A stretch of DNA of 64,000 nucleotides. It comes from an uncultured Candidatus Saccharibacteria bacterium. Lineage in GTDB: Bacteria; Patescibacteriota; Minisyncoccia; Phycocordibacterales; VMEP01. The translations under genes were made by a program, and so were the position numbers. Location: assembly GCA_964579635.1 (NCBI GenBank), contig CAZOFV010000003.1, forward strand, positions 2,768 to 66,767, given 5' to 3'. Positions 28,669 to 38,120 of the stretch are shown one piece after another; the first letter of the stretch is position 1, and each line of letters starts with the position of its first letter. The notes under the pieces were generated by a model that was not told the DNA's origin, searched no databases, and saw nothing but the letters and a program-made list of their open reading frames with translations.

Positions 28669-29285
28669 CTTATTCAATAATTAGAGATGGGGAGTATAAA
28701 AAGTTAAAAACTATTTCTGTAGATGGCTTGATTCTTGATTTAGGTGGAAATTTTAATTCTGAGTACCACGACATAATTAAGGGTAATCATACATTTACTT
28801 CGGTTAATATTAGTGCCCAGTACGGGTGCGACATGGTTTTTGATATACAGAAATCTTTTCCGGTTGAAGATGAAAAATTTGACGCAGTTATTTGTATGAA
28901 TGTTTTGGAGCATGTTTATAAATTTAATAATGTTATAGAAGAGACGTTTCGTGTCTTAAGGCACGGAGGATCTTTTATTTTTGCAGTTCCGTTCATGCAC
29001 CATATTCACGGTAGCCCCGATGATTATTTTAGATATACCCGTTCGGCAATAGAAGAAATGCTCAAAGAGAATAAGTTTGAAAATATAGAAATAGAGGAAA
29101 TAGGATTAGGTTTATTCTCTGTATTTTACCAATCTGCCTCCGGAATGTTCCCGAGCTTTCTTAAGGGCTTTTTTAAAAATCTCGCAGTTTTTATAGATTC
29201 AATATTCTTCAAAATATCAAAGAGATATCAAAATGTTAGCAAGAGAATACCTTTGGGGTATTTTGTTGTAGCGAGAAAGAGCTAA
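28656..29285 (+). CDS. Class I SAM-dependent methyltransferase (Methyltransf_11-like); likely true start the ATG at 28665 overlapping the GIY-YIG stop
   Basis: VICMNVLEHV...LRHGGSFIFAVPF. Confidence 0.7.
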   Translation: MYGMTYSIIRDGEYKKLKTISVDGLILDLGGNFNSEYHDIIKGNHTFTSVNISAQYGCDMVFDIQKSFPVEDEKFDAVICMNVLEHVYKFNNVIEETFRVLRHGGSFIFAVPFMHHIHGSPDDYFRYTRSAIEEMLKENKFENIEIEEIGLGLFSVFYQSASGMFPSFLKGFFKNLAVFIDSIFFKISKRYQNVSKRIPLGYFVVARKS

Positions 29286-30434
29286 TTAATTCTCCAGCAT
29301 GTTTTTGTATAAGGAAAGATACTCCTGGTACATTTTTTTACAAGAAAAATTGTTTAATATTCTTTCTCTTGCCTTTGAGCTCGTTAAAGCATAATCATCT
29401 TTTGAGAGGTTTAAAATATAATCAATACCAGCCCTTAGGTCTTTTATATCTTTATACCTTGCGATATATCCTGTTTCTTTGTGAAGTACTGTTTCTGGGA
29501 GAGCGTCAATATTGTACGTGACCACAGGAACGCCACAAGACATAGCTTCGGTACTTATGAGGCCAAAAGAGTCTTCTGGTGTTGGGTGTATAAAAATATC
29601 GGCAGAAGAAAGGTATTTTGCGAATAAGTTTCGATCGTGTGTTTTTGGAAGTGATTTATAATTTTTACTATCAGTTTTTATGTTTGAGTGTCCTATTGAT
29701 ACAAAAAATAGGTCGTTGTTATCTTTATATTCGTCAACAATTTTATTGGAATCTTCCCAGCCTTTTATTCCAAAGGCAATAATCTTCTTATCAAGAGGAA
29801 GGCCAAGTTCTTTCCTTATTACGATTTTTTCATGTGGTTTAAATATTTCCGTGTCTACTCCGTTATGAATACGAACGATTTTTTGATTACTAAGAATACT
29901 CTTCTCAAGCTCTTTTTTAATCCAATCAGATACCGCCACAACCAAAATCTTTGATTTTTTGTAAATCTCCCGCTTTTTGTTTAAAAGATTCGGCGTGTTG
30001 TCCCAAAGATAAAGTAAAAATCTTTTTTTGTTTGGATTTCTTAAAGTAGCGCTGTTGCTTGAAAATCCAGTAAATGCCCACATGTCATGCATTGTCCATA
30101 CAACTGGTTTTTTAAGAGACATTTTTTGTAGCGTAGAAAGGTTGAAAAAATTACTGTGGAGATTATGGCAATGAACAATATCCGCTTCTCGGAATTCTTT
30201 TGTTTCTAAAAGATAGTCGGTTTTAGCAAAAGCAAGATCGTTTGCAAAAAGCCTAACAAACCAATCCTGATAGCGCCTCCTTGGTATAACAAAAACGTCT
30301 GATTCACCTGAATATTTATAGCGCACAAAAGTTGAAACCGTGTGACCATCAGCTTTCAATCTCTTTCTGAGTTCCCAAGAAATATTTGCTGCACCACCTT
30401 TGTTATCTATTGTTCCTAAGACAAAAATTTTCAT
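29286..30434 (-). CDS. Glycosyltransferase family 4
   Basis: GT-B fold with EDSFGLISTEAMSCGVPVVTYNIDA. Confidence 0.8.
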   Translation of the reverse strand: MKIFVLGTIDNKGGAANISWELRKRLKADGHTVSTFVRYKYSGESDVFVIPRRRYQDWFVRLFANDLAFAKTDYLLETKEFREADIVHCHNLHSNFFNLSTLQKMSLKKPVVWTMHDMWAFTGFSSNSATLRNPNKKRFLLYLWDNTPNLLNKKREIYKKSKILVVAVSDWIKKELEKSILSNQKIVRIHNGVDTEIFKPHEKIVIRKELGLPLDKKIIAFGIKGWEDSNKIVDEYKDNNDLFFVSIGHSNIKTDSKNYKSLPKTHDRNLFAKYLSSADIFIHPTPEDSFGLISTEAMSCGVPVVTYNIDALPETVLHKETGYIARYKDIKDLRAGIDYILNLSKDDYALTSSKARERILNNFSCKKMYQEYLSLYKNMLEN

Positions 30435-30557
30435 CCCGTACGAAATAGGAAATGATTACATTTCCGTAAATTATTGATAAAGCTTATATAAAACTTAACA
30501 TCTTTCGGGTTATTTACCATATAAACACAACTAAGTGATTTCGTACGGGATCATTTA
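30431..30557. mobile_element. MITE-like about 125 bp element with the same TIR family (TCATCCCGTACGAAATAGG ... GATTTCGTACGGGATCA), no ORF
   Basis: Fills the gap exactly between the start codon of the upstream GT gene and the stop codon of the next. Contains an internal palindrome GGAAATGattacATTTCC. Orientation is inverted relative to the GIY-YIG copy. Confidence 0.55.
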
Positions 30558-31604
30558 TTTATTTTCAAAGCAATCGCGAATAAAATCTCTTGCTAGTTTT
30601 TTTGAAGTGAATTCTTTTAGGTAAAGGTTACAACCATTTTCACCGATTTTGTTAAGTATTTCCGGGTTGTCTCGTAAATAAGTTATTTTTTCTGCTAGTT
30701 CTAGAGAGTTACCAGGCTCTACGGCAACACAATTATTATCCTCTGTTAAAACTTCAAGTACACCAGCGTTTCTTCCGGTAAGGTAGGGGAGACCAAGAGC
30801 TAGGCTCTCATACAGTTTAGCTGGAAGTGTGCGAGTAAGGCGAGGGTGGTCCGCGAGTTGCCCCAAGCTTATATGACAAGAGAGCATCATTTTTCGAAGT
30901 TCATCTTCTGATAATCTTTCCGATAATATTTTTAAATTAGTTGGTTTAAGTTTTGCCATTAACGCATTAACTTCTCTATACATAAATCCATGACCTATAA
31001 CAAGGAATTGAATTTTTTTATTCTCCAGTTTTTTTGCTGTTTCTATTACGGTAAGTATTCCAGATTCTGGTAAAAATCTTCCCCTGAATAAAACAGTGAA
31101 GTCTTTGTTTTTTTGTATAGATTGGTCTCGAAAAAAAATTTCTTCATCAACCCCCATTCTTCCAAGGATAAGTTTGTTTTTTGGGACAAAGAATTTTTTA
31201 TTTACAAAACTAATTTGAGCGGTGCTTTCAAGTAAGACTTTTGAAGAAAGATGAAAAGAAATTAAATCTACAAGGAACCATCTTACCCCTGTCAAAGAAA
31301 AATTTTTAGCAATATTTCTTGATATTATATTTGCTTCATATTGGGAAGAAATAGCATTGAAAATTAACTTTTTGATTGATAGAAGGCGGATTACTGGTAT
31401 TAAAAACGGCAAACCATAGCCAACAATAATTACATCAAATTGATTTTTGTTTTTTAAGAAGCGGTTAATAAAATAAACATATTTACTAATACCATGCCCG
31501 TTTTCAATTAATTCAAAAACCTCATGACTATTTTCCCTTAGCCCATCAATTAAGTGTTTATCTGGGGCATATTTATTGCCGGTATTTATGTATAAAAACT
31601 TCAT
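30555..31604 (-). CDS. Glycosyltransferase family 4 (GT-B)
   Basis: C-terminal GT-B Rossmann half with an E-x7-E region (ESLALGLPYLTG). Confidence 0.65.
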   Translation of the reverse strand: MKFLYINTGNKYAPDKHLIDGLRENSHEVFELIENGHGISKYVYFINRFLKNKNQFDVIIVGYGLPFLIPVIRLLSIKKLIFNAISSQYEANIISRNIAKNFSLTGVRWFLVDLISFHLSSKVLLESTAQISFVNKKFFVPKNKLILGRMGVDEEIFFRDQSIQKNKDFTVLFRGRFLPESGILTVIETAKKLENKKIQFLVIGHGFMYREVNALMAKLKPTNLKILSERLSEDELRKMMLSCHISLGQLADHPRLTRTLPAKLYESLALGLPYLTGRNAGVLEVLTEDNNCVAVEPGNSLELAEKITYLRDNPEILNKIGENGCNLYLKEFTSKKLARDFIRDCFENK

Positions 31605-31652
31605 TATTTTGGCTTCAAGTATATCATCTAATTTGCTACAATCAGACTCTAT

Positions 31653-32798
31653 ATGAAAAGGCTATTCTTAATCTTCCACGGCCGTTTTCCGAGCGAAAAA
31701 GCGGCTTCTCTTTTTGCGGCTAAGGAATGTGAGGCATTTGGGAAAATGGGCTTTTTGACGACTATTCTTGTTCCACGTCGCCTAGGGAGGTTCAAAGCAG
31801 ATCCACACAATTACTATAAGTTGGAAAATAACTTTGAGGTAAGGTATTTGCCAACCATAGATATATTAAATATCGGTTTCCTGAAAGGTTTTTCTTTTAA
31901 ATTAAGTTTCCTCTCGTTTTCGCTGGTAAGTTTTATTTACCTTATTTTTAAAGCTAGCAAGCAAGATTTAATTTATTCAAATGAGTCTCTCCCCACGTTT
32001 TTCTCAACTTTTTATTTTCCAAATACTTTGTATGAATTACACGATTTTCCAGAAGGAAAAAAGTTTTTTTATAAATTACTTTTTAAGAGAGTGAAATATC
32101 TTTTAGTAACAAACATCTGGAAAACAGAAGAGGTGATTCGTTTATTTGGTGTAAATAGAGAAAAAATTATATGCGAACGTAATGCCGTCGAGGTGAAAGA
32201 TTTTGATATTCCAATAGAAAGAGAAGAGGCTAGAAATAAATTAAATTTGCCGGGAGACAAAAAAATAATTGTATATACCGGACATCTGTATTCTTGGAAG
32301 GGAACAGATGTTTTAGCGGAAGCCACAAAAATACTCCCAAAAGATTATTTAACAGTTTTTGTTGGTGGCACGAATGAGGATGTTAGTATTTTTAAGGATA
32401 AGTATGGTGGTATTGAGAATATATTGGTTGTAGGACACAAGGAACGTGGAGAGATTCCATTATGGCAAAAATCTGCTGATGTTTTAGTTTTACCAAACAC
32501 CGCAAAAGAGGATATTTCAAAATATTACACTTCCCCAATGAAACTTTTTGAATATATGGCAAGTAGGCGCCCAATCGTGGCGACAGATATTCCATCCGTG
32601 AGAGAAATAGCAAATAATGAGAATGCCATTATTGTTTTGCCAGATAATCCAAATGATTTGGCAGAGGGGATTAAGAAAGCTATTAGCGACAAAAATCTTG
32701 TAGGGGAAATAACAGAGAAGGCTTATTCTGATGTTTTGTTCCACACCTGGGAAAGAAGAGCCAAGAGGATATTAGATTTTGTTTGTGGAAATACATGA
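31653..32798 (+). CDS. Glycosyltransferase family 4
   Basis: KLFEYMASRRPIVATDIPSVREI. Confidence 0.75.
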   Translation: MKRLFLIFHGRFPSEKAASLFAAKECEAFGKMGFLTTILVPRRLGRFKADPHNYYKLENNFEVRYLPTIDILNIGFLKGFSFKLSFLSFSLVSFIYLIFKASKQDLIYSNESLPTFFSTFYFPNTLYELHDFPEGKKFFYKLLFKRVKYLLVTNIWKTEEVIRLFGVNREKIICERNAVEVKDFDIPIEREEARNKLNLPGDKKIIVYTGHLYSWKGTDVLAEATKILPKDYLTVFVGGTNEDVSIFKDKYGGIENILVVGHKERGEIPLWQKSADVLVLPNTAKEDISKYYTSPMKLFEYMASRRPIVATDIPSVREIANNENAIIVLPDNPNDLAEGIKKAISDKNLVGEITEKAYSDVLFHTWERRAKRILDFVCGNT

Positions 32799-34165
32799 TT
32801 AATTTTTTTAAAAGATATCGTTTTGATTTGATTATTTTTGCTATAGCTTTAATAGTTAGAATTTTTTTGTTTAGCATTAATTTATCTGTTGAAAATGGTA
32901 ATTTAGATAAAACTATTCACGGCGATGATGGTTATTATGAAATAAGCAGGTCGTTAGTTGCCGGGCACGGCTTTACAGGGGAAACCAATCCTCCTTTTAA
33001 TCCTAATCCACTTAGGACGCCGTTGTACCCATATTTTATTGCCATTATTCTATTTTTAACCAATAGTTATTGGTTCGTAATTATTACCCAAATTATTATA
33101 GGGGCACTTATCCCAGTATTAGGAAGAAGATTATCTTTAAAGATTGTTGATTCTGAAAAAATAAGTTTCATTGTTGGTTTGATTCTAGCTCTTGAGCCAT
33201 ATCTTGTTCTTTTTTCTTCTGTTTTTTACACAGAGACTATTTTTATCTTTTTGTTTATTCTTTTTTCTATAATTTTTATTTCATACCTTAATAGCGACAA
33301 TAAAAAAACACTTGCATGGAGTGCTTTTGTTTTAGGTTTAGCTACGCTAACTAAAACCACCCCACAGTTTTTGCCGCTTTTTATACTTCCAGTTATTTAT
33401 TTGCAGTTTTGTAAAATTTTAACAAAAAAACAAATAGCGATTAGGTTTATATTATTTTTATTAATTTTTTTAGCAACATTATCTCCTTGGATTTATCGTA
33501 ATTACAATGAGTTTGGTAAGGTTGGTATGACAGCTCAACCAGCTTATAACGTTTACGTGTACTTAGTCCCGTCTGTTTTGTCGATTGAAAACAATACAGG
33601 TTTTTCAGAAGAATTAAACAAGTGGGCAACTCCAGCGGAAACATCGACCGATAAAATTACACTTGCAAACGGTGCTTTTTACATAAAAAAATCACTTCCT
33701 GTAATATTTGATCATCCTCAGGCTTTACTGAGCCTTGTTGGAATAAGTTTTGTGACATTTTTTACTCATGATGGAATGCTCACAGTCTTACAGCACGCCG
33801 GTATAACCCCAGATATTTATCCAAAAAGATCAGCTATTTCTCTTTTGTTTACATCGCCTGTAGAGTTTTTTCTACTTTTGAAAGAATTTGCAGCAAGCCC
33901 ATTAATTACCATCCTGTTTTTTAGGGTTTTTTGGATGGTCGTGACAATTGCTTTTTTTGTCGGTAGTATTGTTTTCATCCGAAAGAAAAAATATCACGCT
34001 AAAGGATTGTTTGCCTTGATTTTGGTTTTATATTTTTTAATAACAACTCCTATAAATGGATTAGGAGTGAACGCTCGCTTTCGAATGCCCGTTAATGCAA
34101 TTATCTTAACTTTCGCTGTTTACGGGATACTAAGACCAGATTTTAAAGAAAGATTAATTAAATGA
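32783..34165 (+). CDS. GT-C fold membrane glycosyltransferase (ArnT/PMT, GT39/83-like)
   Basis: About 11 TM helices. Extracytoplasmic loop GDDGYYEISRSLVAGHGF near the N-terminus resembles ArnT/PMT DE/DD motifs. Confidence 0.6.
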   Translation: MWKYMINFFKRYRFDLIIFAIALIVRIFLFSINLSVENGNLDKTIHGDDGYYEISRSLVAGHGFTGETNPPFNPNPLRTPLYPYFIAIILFLTNSYWFVIITQIIIGALIPVLGRRLSLKIVDSEKISFIVGLILALEPYLVLFSSVFYTETIFIFLFILFSIIFISYLNSDNKKTLAWSAFVLGLATLTKTTPQFLPLFILPVIYLQFCKILTKKQIAIRFILFLLIFLATLSPWIYRNYNEFGKVGMTAQPAYNVYVYLVPSVLSIENNTGFSEELNKWATPAETSTDKITLANGAFYIKKSLPVIFDHPQALLSLVGISFVTFFTHDGMLTVLQHAGITPDIYPKRSAISLLFTSPVEFFLLLKEFAASPLITILFFRVFWMVVTIAFFVGSIVFIRKKKYHAKGLFALILVLYFLITTPINGLGVNARFRMPVNAIILTFAVYGILRPDFKERLIK

Positions 34166-35724
34166 ATAAGTTATCTATAATAATTCCGTGTTATAACGAA
34201 TCTAAAACTATCCGTGAAATTTTACGGCGAGTTGAAGGTGCTCCAATGCCAGGATGGGAAAAAGAAATAATTGTTGTTGACGATGGTTCTTTTGATGGGA
34301 CAAGAGATATTCTTAAGGAATATAGTTCGCGAATGAAGATATTTTTTCAAGAGAAAAACGGCGGTAAAGGTACTGCTGTAAGGCGAGGTCTTAAAGAGGC
34401 AACAGGGGAATACTCAATCATACAGGATGCTGATTTGGAATATGATCCAAATGATATAAAGGGGCTACTTGGAGTAATTGATACTAATAAAGCAGACGTT
34501 GTTTATGGTTCTCGTAATTTACATCACGAAAAAAGAGAGGGGTTTATTGTTCAACGTCTTGGCGTTTGGTTTATAACAAAATTAATGAATGTTATTTACG
34601 GTTTTAAGTTAACCGATGTCTGGACTTGTTATAAGCTTTTTCCAACTGAAGCTGGGGTAGATTTTTTGACTGGACATTTTGAGTCGGAGCTTCTTTTTAC
34701 GGCGTCACTTGTTAGGCGTGGATATCGTTTTTCTGAGGTTGCTATTTCACATAATCCGCGTCCGGTTAGCGATGGTAAAAAGATTCGTTATAGGGATGGT
34801 GTACAAGCTATTATAGTTATAATCCTAGATTTCTTAGTACATCTTAAAAAAGCCGATAGTTATGTTGCAAAAAAAGTAAATGATATTATCGTATGTCCAT
34901 TTTGTAAAAATAATTTTTCTTTAAATAAAGAAGGTTACACTTGTAGCCTTCACGGCAATTTTACTGTTGATAAAAATGGGCGACCTCTCCTTATTGACAA
35001 GGGGATGTTACAACAAGAAGCAGAAGAGCACACCTCCGGAATTAATTGGTTGAAATCTTTCTTAAAACAATTTCCGACTATTTATTATGGAATTTGGCAT
35101 CTTTTTTGCCCAGTCCTTATGTTGGCTAATGGTCCACGCAAGATAAAAAAATTTATTTCAGATGGTACTTTAATTTTCGATATTGGTTCTGGACCAGAAA
35201 GGCTAGGGGAAGAATTTGTTAATGTCGATGTGTTTCCTTTTCATGGTGTAGATGTAGTTGCTGATGCAACAAATTTGCCATTTAAAAATAATTCTATTTC
35301 AGCGGCTGTTACAGAATCAATGTTAGAACACGTAGATGACCCTGTTGCTGTTGCAAAGGAGTTAGTACGTGTCTTAAAAAAAGATGGGGTGATTTATGTT
35401 AGTGCTCCGTTTATCCATCCATATCACGCTTCTCCTGATGATTTTGGTCGTTGGACAATAAGTGGCTTGAAAGACTTGTTTTCGGAATTGGAAATTATAG
35501 AAACAGGTGTTCGTTCAGGACCGTGGAGTGCTTTTCTCATGTTTTTTGCTTATTGGCTTGGTGTTATTTTTTCTTTTGGTTATAAAAAAGCTGCGCCATT
35601 TCTTGCGCATTTATTTATGCTTTTATTGGGGCCACTTAAGATTTTTGATTTAATTTTTATGTGGTTACCGGGTTCAGAGGCGGTTTCCGCTCATCTTTAC
35701 ATAATAGGTAAAAAGAGGGGTTAG
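34162..35724 (+). CDS. Fusion protein: GT2 polyprenyl-phosphate sugar synthase-like (DPM1/GtrB-like) N-terminus, Zn-ribbon, and class I SAM methyltransferase C-terminus
   Basis: SIIIPCYNE...VVDDGSFDGT...IQDADLEYDP (GT2). CPFCKNNF...CSLHG (Cys4-like ribbon). VESMLEHVDDP...LKKDGVIYVSAPF (Methyltransf_11). Confidence 0.7.
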   Translation: MNKLSIIIPCYNESKTIREILRRVEGAPMPGWEKEIIVVDDGSFDGTRDILKEYSSRMKIFFQEKNGGKGTAVRRGLKEATGEYSIIQDADLEYDPNDIKGLLGVIDTNKADVVYGSRNLHHEKREGFIVQRLGVWFITKLMNVIYGFKLTDVWTCYKLFPTEAGVDFLTGHFESELLFTASLVRRGYRFSEVAISHNPRPVSDGKKIRYRDGVQAIIVIILDFLVHLKKADSYVAKKVNDIIVCPFCKNNFSLNKEGYTCSLHGNFTVDKNGRPLLIDKGMLQQEAEEHTSGINWLKSFLKQFPTIYYGIWHLFCPVLMLANGPRKIKKFISDGTLIFDIGSGPERLGEEFVNVDVFPFHGVDVVADATNLPFKNNSISAAVTESMLEHVDDPVAVAKELVRVLKKDGVIYVSAPFIHPYHASPDDFGRWTISGLKDLFSELEIIETGVRSGPWSAFLMFFAYWLGVIFSFGYKKAAPFLAHLFMLLLGPLKIFDLIFMWLPGSEAVSAHLYIIGKKRG

Positions 35725-36653
35725 TAGTGTACAAATGTTGAGTACTTATTTTCAAAATATGATTTTTTGTCTGAATAGTAGCTCCAGTCTATTTGTTCTT
35801 TCTGCATAACAATAAAAGGGATATCCCCATAGTAGGACGCAAAAGCTCCAAACGTGCTATTTGCCCCTAAAATGAGGTCAGTTGATGAAAGTAGGAATAA
35901 GTCGTGAACTGCGTTTTCTTTGCTTAAATGGAGATTTAAATCGCTAAATAGTGGTGTTTCAATTGGTCCATCAGAGGTAATGATAAAACAAGTTTCCGAA
36001 GTATTAAGTCCCGATTTCTTTAAGTATTCATCAATAATTTCACGCACCCTTGTTTGTGGAATGAAATAAGCACCGTTTCGCCACTCCTTATAATCGCCTT
36101 GGCGAATATGTATTCCTATAAGATTCTTGAACTTACTCCTTAAGGTTTTTATCTGCGTAGCTACTTTTTTCTCAATATCTTGTCGTGGTTTAAAATATTC
36201 AATTATTTCTTTTCTATATTTTTTTATTCCTATGGGGTTACGGAAAAGCCATCCATCGAAATAAATAGTTTTACTTAATTTCTCAAACTCTGAGAGTTTC
36301 AAGTTCTCATTTGTTGGTGGAAGATAAAACGGTTTATTCTCACTATTATCGGATGTAATTACAGACTGTTTGTTTATTGAAATAATTATTTTTGTATAGT
36401 GTTCGTATAATTTTCTCCACAATCTGCGCTTGAGAGAAGTTTTCCTTTTCGTGTAATTGGTAAATGGAAGAAAGAAAAATAATCTAAAAAAAAGATTTGG
36501 TGCAGATATTGTGAAATAATTACCATACTCAAAAAAAGAATAATTTTGAAGTGTAAATTTTCTCTCAAGAGTATAGGCGTAAATGCTTATATAGTTCCAG
36601 AGTTGGTTTGAGAGCTCGTTTCCCGCCGTTTTAATAATTTTTATTTTTACCAT
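35721..36653 (-). CDS. Glycosyltransferase family 11 (alpha-1,2-fucosyltransferase-like)
   Basis: IGIHIRQGDY (GT11 motif I HxRRGDY) and a C-terminal ANSTFGAFASYYG motif. Confidence 0.6.
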   Translation of the reverse strand: MVKIKIIKTAGNELSNQLWNYISIYAYTLERKFTLQNYSFFEYGNYFTISAPNLFFRLFFFLPFTNYTKRKTSLKRRLWRKLYEHYTKIIISINKQSVITSDNSENKPFYLPPTNENLKLSEFEKLSKTIYFDGWLFRNPIGIKKYRKEIIEYFKPRQDIEKKVATQIKTLRSKFKNLIGIHIRQGDYKEWRNGAYFIPQTRVREIIDEYLKKSGLNTSETCFIITSDGPIETPLFSDLNLHLSKENAVHDLFLLSSTDLILGANSTFGAFASYYGDIPFIVMQKEQIDWSYYSDKKSYFENKYSTFVHY

Positions 36654-37478
36654 TTATTTTTTAGGACGGGCTTCTATAAAACACCTGCCGTCACTTTCTT
36701 CTTTTATAATTTTCATTTCATAGGAAATAGAAGAAAGGAAAGACACAACATTAAACATATTAAGCATTGAGTGTATCTCCATAAGTATAATAGGTTTTTT
36801 GTTCAAAATAGTGTTTTTTGCGCCAGCGAGGACAAGAGACTCAGCCCCTTCAACGTCTATTTTTATTATGTCTGGCAAATCTTTTATCCCGAGCTCTTTT
36901 TCGAATAGGTCTAATGGAACAGTTTTTACTTTTATTTCAGTAAAGCCACGTTGTTTAAAAGCAGCTCTTTCCCAGATAGTATCAGCGGTGTCTATAAAAC
37001 CACCAGAACTTCTCCCACTTTCAATATCATCACTCATGCTGAATTCTTCGGTTCCTAAAACATTTGATACGGCGATATCGAAAACAGAAATTATATTTTT
37101 TATATCATTATTTTTTTCACGTATTAGTTTCAATCGTTCAACATTTTTAGGATTTGGCTCAAAGGAATAGACCTTACCGTGAGGCCCAACAAGTTTTGCA
37201 AAATAAAAAGAATGAAATCCTATGTGTGCGCCAATATCAAAAATAATTTTACCTTCAAGTTTTTCTGACTCCAGGCGTTTAAAGAGAAAGGTGTCGTAAT
37301 TATTTTCAATAATATTTTTTTGCCACGGACCGTTTGGATCAAAAAATATTTGTAACCCGTTTAATGGTCTATAGGTGAGTGTCGTCCATTTTGGATGAAA
37401 TATTTTATTTTTTACAAATATTTTTTTTAAAAAATAAAATATTATTGGTGGAATTATATTTTTTATAATTTTTTTCAT
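36654..37478 (-). CDS. FkbM family methyltransferase
   Basis: IIFDIGAHIGFHSFYFA...VYSFEPNPKNVERL. Confidence 0.75.
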   Translation of the reverse strand: MKKIIKNIIPPIIFYFLKKIFVKNKIFHPKWTTLTYRPLNGLQIFFDPNGPWQKNIIENNYDTFLFKRLESEKLEGKIIFDIGAHIGFHSFYFAKLVGPHGKVYSFEPNPKNVERLKLIREKNNDIKNIISVFDIAVSNVLGTEEFSMSDDIESGRSSGGFIDTADTIWERAAFKQRGFTEIKVKTVPLDLFEKELGIKDLPDIIKIDVEGAESLVLAGAKNTILNKKPIILMEIHSMLNMFNVVSFLSSISYEMKIIKEESDGRCFIEARPKK

Positions 37479-37490
37479 GTTTGTTGAGAA

Positions 37491-38120
37491 TTATTTTTTT
37501 AAAATGAAATATCTAGTCCAGGCACTTTCGTTTGGGATATAACTTTCTATTACCCTGAGACCGCTTTTTTCAATCTCCTTAACAACCTTGCGGTACGGGT
37601 AATCAATGTTACCCATTTCCCAGTGGTGTCCACATGGAGCCCAGTATTTTTTGTTATTAATAGAAGGAATTCTTAATTGTATATTTTTTTCTTTCAGGAA
37701 TGGTAATTTAACCGTAAGCCTAAGTAGAGACTTTCCGTGATCTGGAAGAGAAATAATAATATTGCTTCTCGACACTCTACCCAGTTCTTTTAAGGCTGTA
37801 GAAAAAGAAGAAAAAGGTAGGTGTTCTAATATTTCAAATGCTACCGCTACATCAAAAGAATTATCTTTAAAGGGAAGATTAAGCACGTCACCGACTATAT
37901 CAGGGGTGGTTGTCGGGTCGTTATCAACCGTGACAACCTTAACATCATTTTCTCGTAAAATCTTTGCTGTAATACCACTACCAGTACCTATCTCAAGAAC
38001 ACTTTTTGGGTTTTGGTTAAAAATATTTTGATATTGGTGGTAGTAGCTATACCACCTTGGTTTGTGGTTGTACTCCTTTTTTAGGTAAATATTTGTGTTG
38101 GTTGTATCTGTTTTGTTCAT
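37491..38120 (-). CDS. Class I SAM-dependent methyltransferase
   Basis: VLEIGTGSGITAKIL motif I and FEILEHL. Confidence 0.7.
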   Translation of the reverse strand: MNKTDTTNTNIYLKKEYNHKPRWYSYYHQYQNIFNQNPKSVLEIGTGSGITAKILRENDVKVVTVDNDPTTTPDIVGDVLNLPFKDNSFDVAVAFEILEHLPFSSFSTALKELGRVSRSNIIISLPDHGKSLLRLTVKLPFLKEKNIQLRIPSINNKKYWAPCGHHWEMGNIDYPYRKVVKEIEKSGLRVIESYIPNESAWTRYFILKK

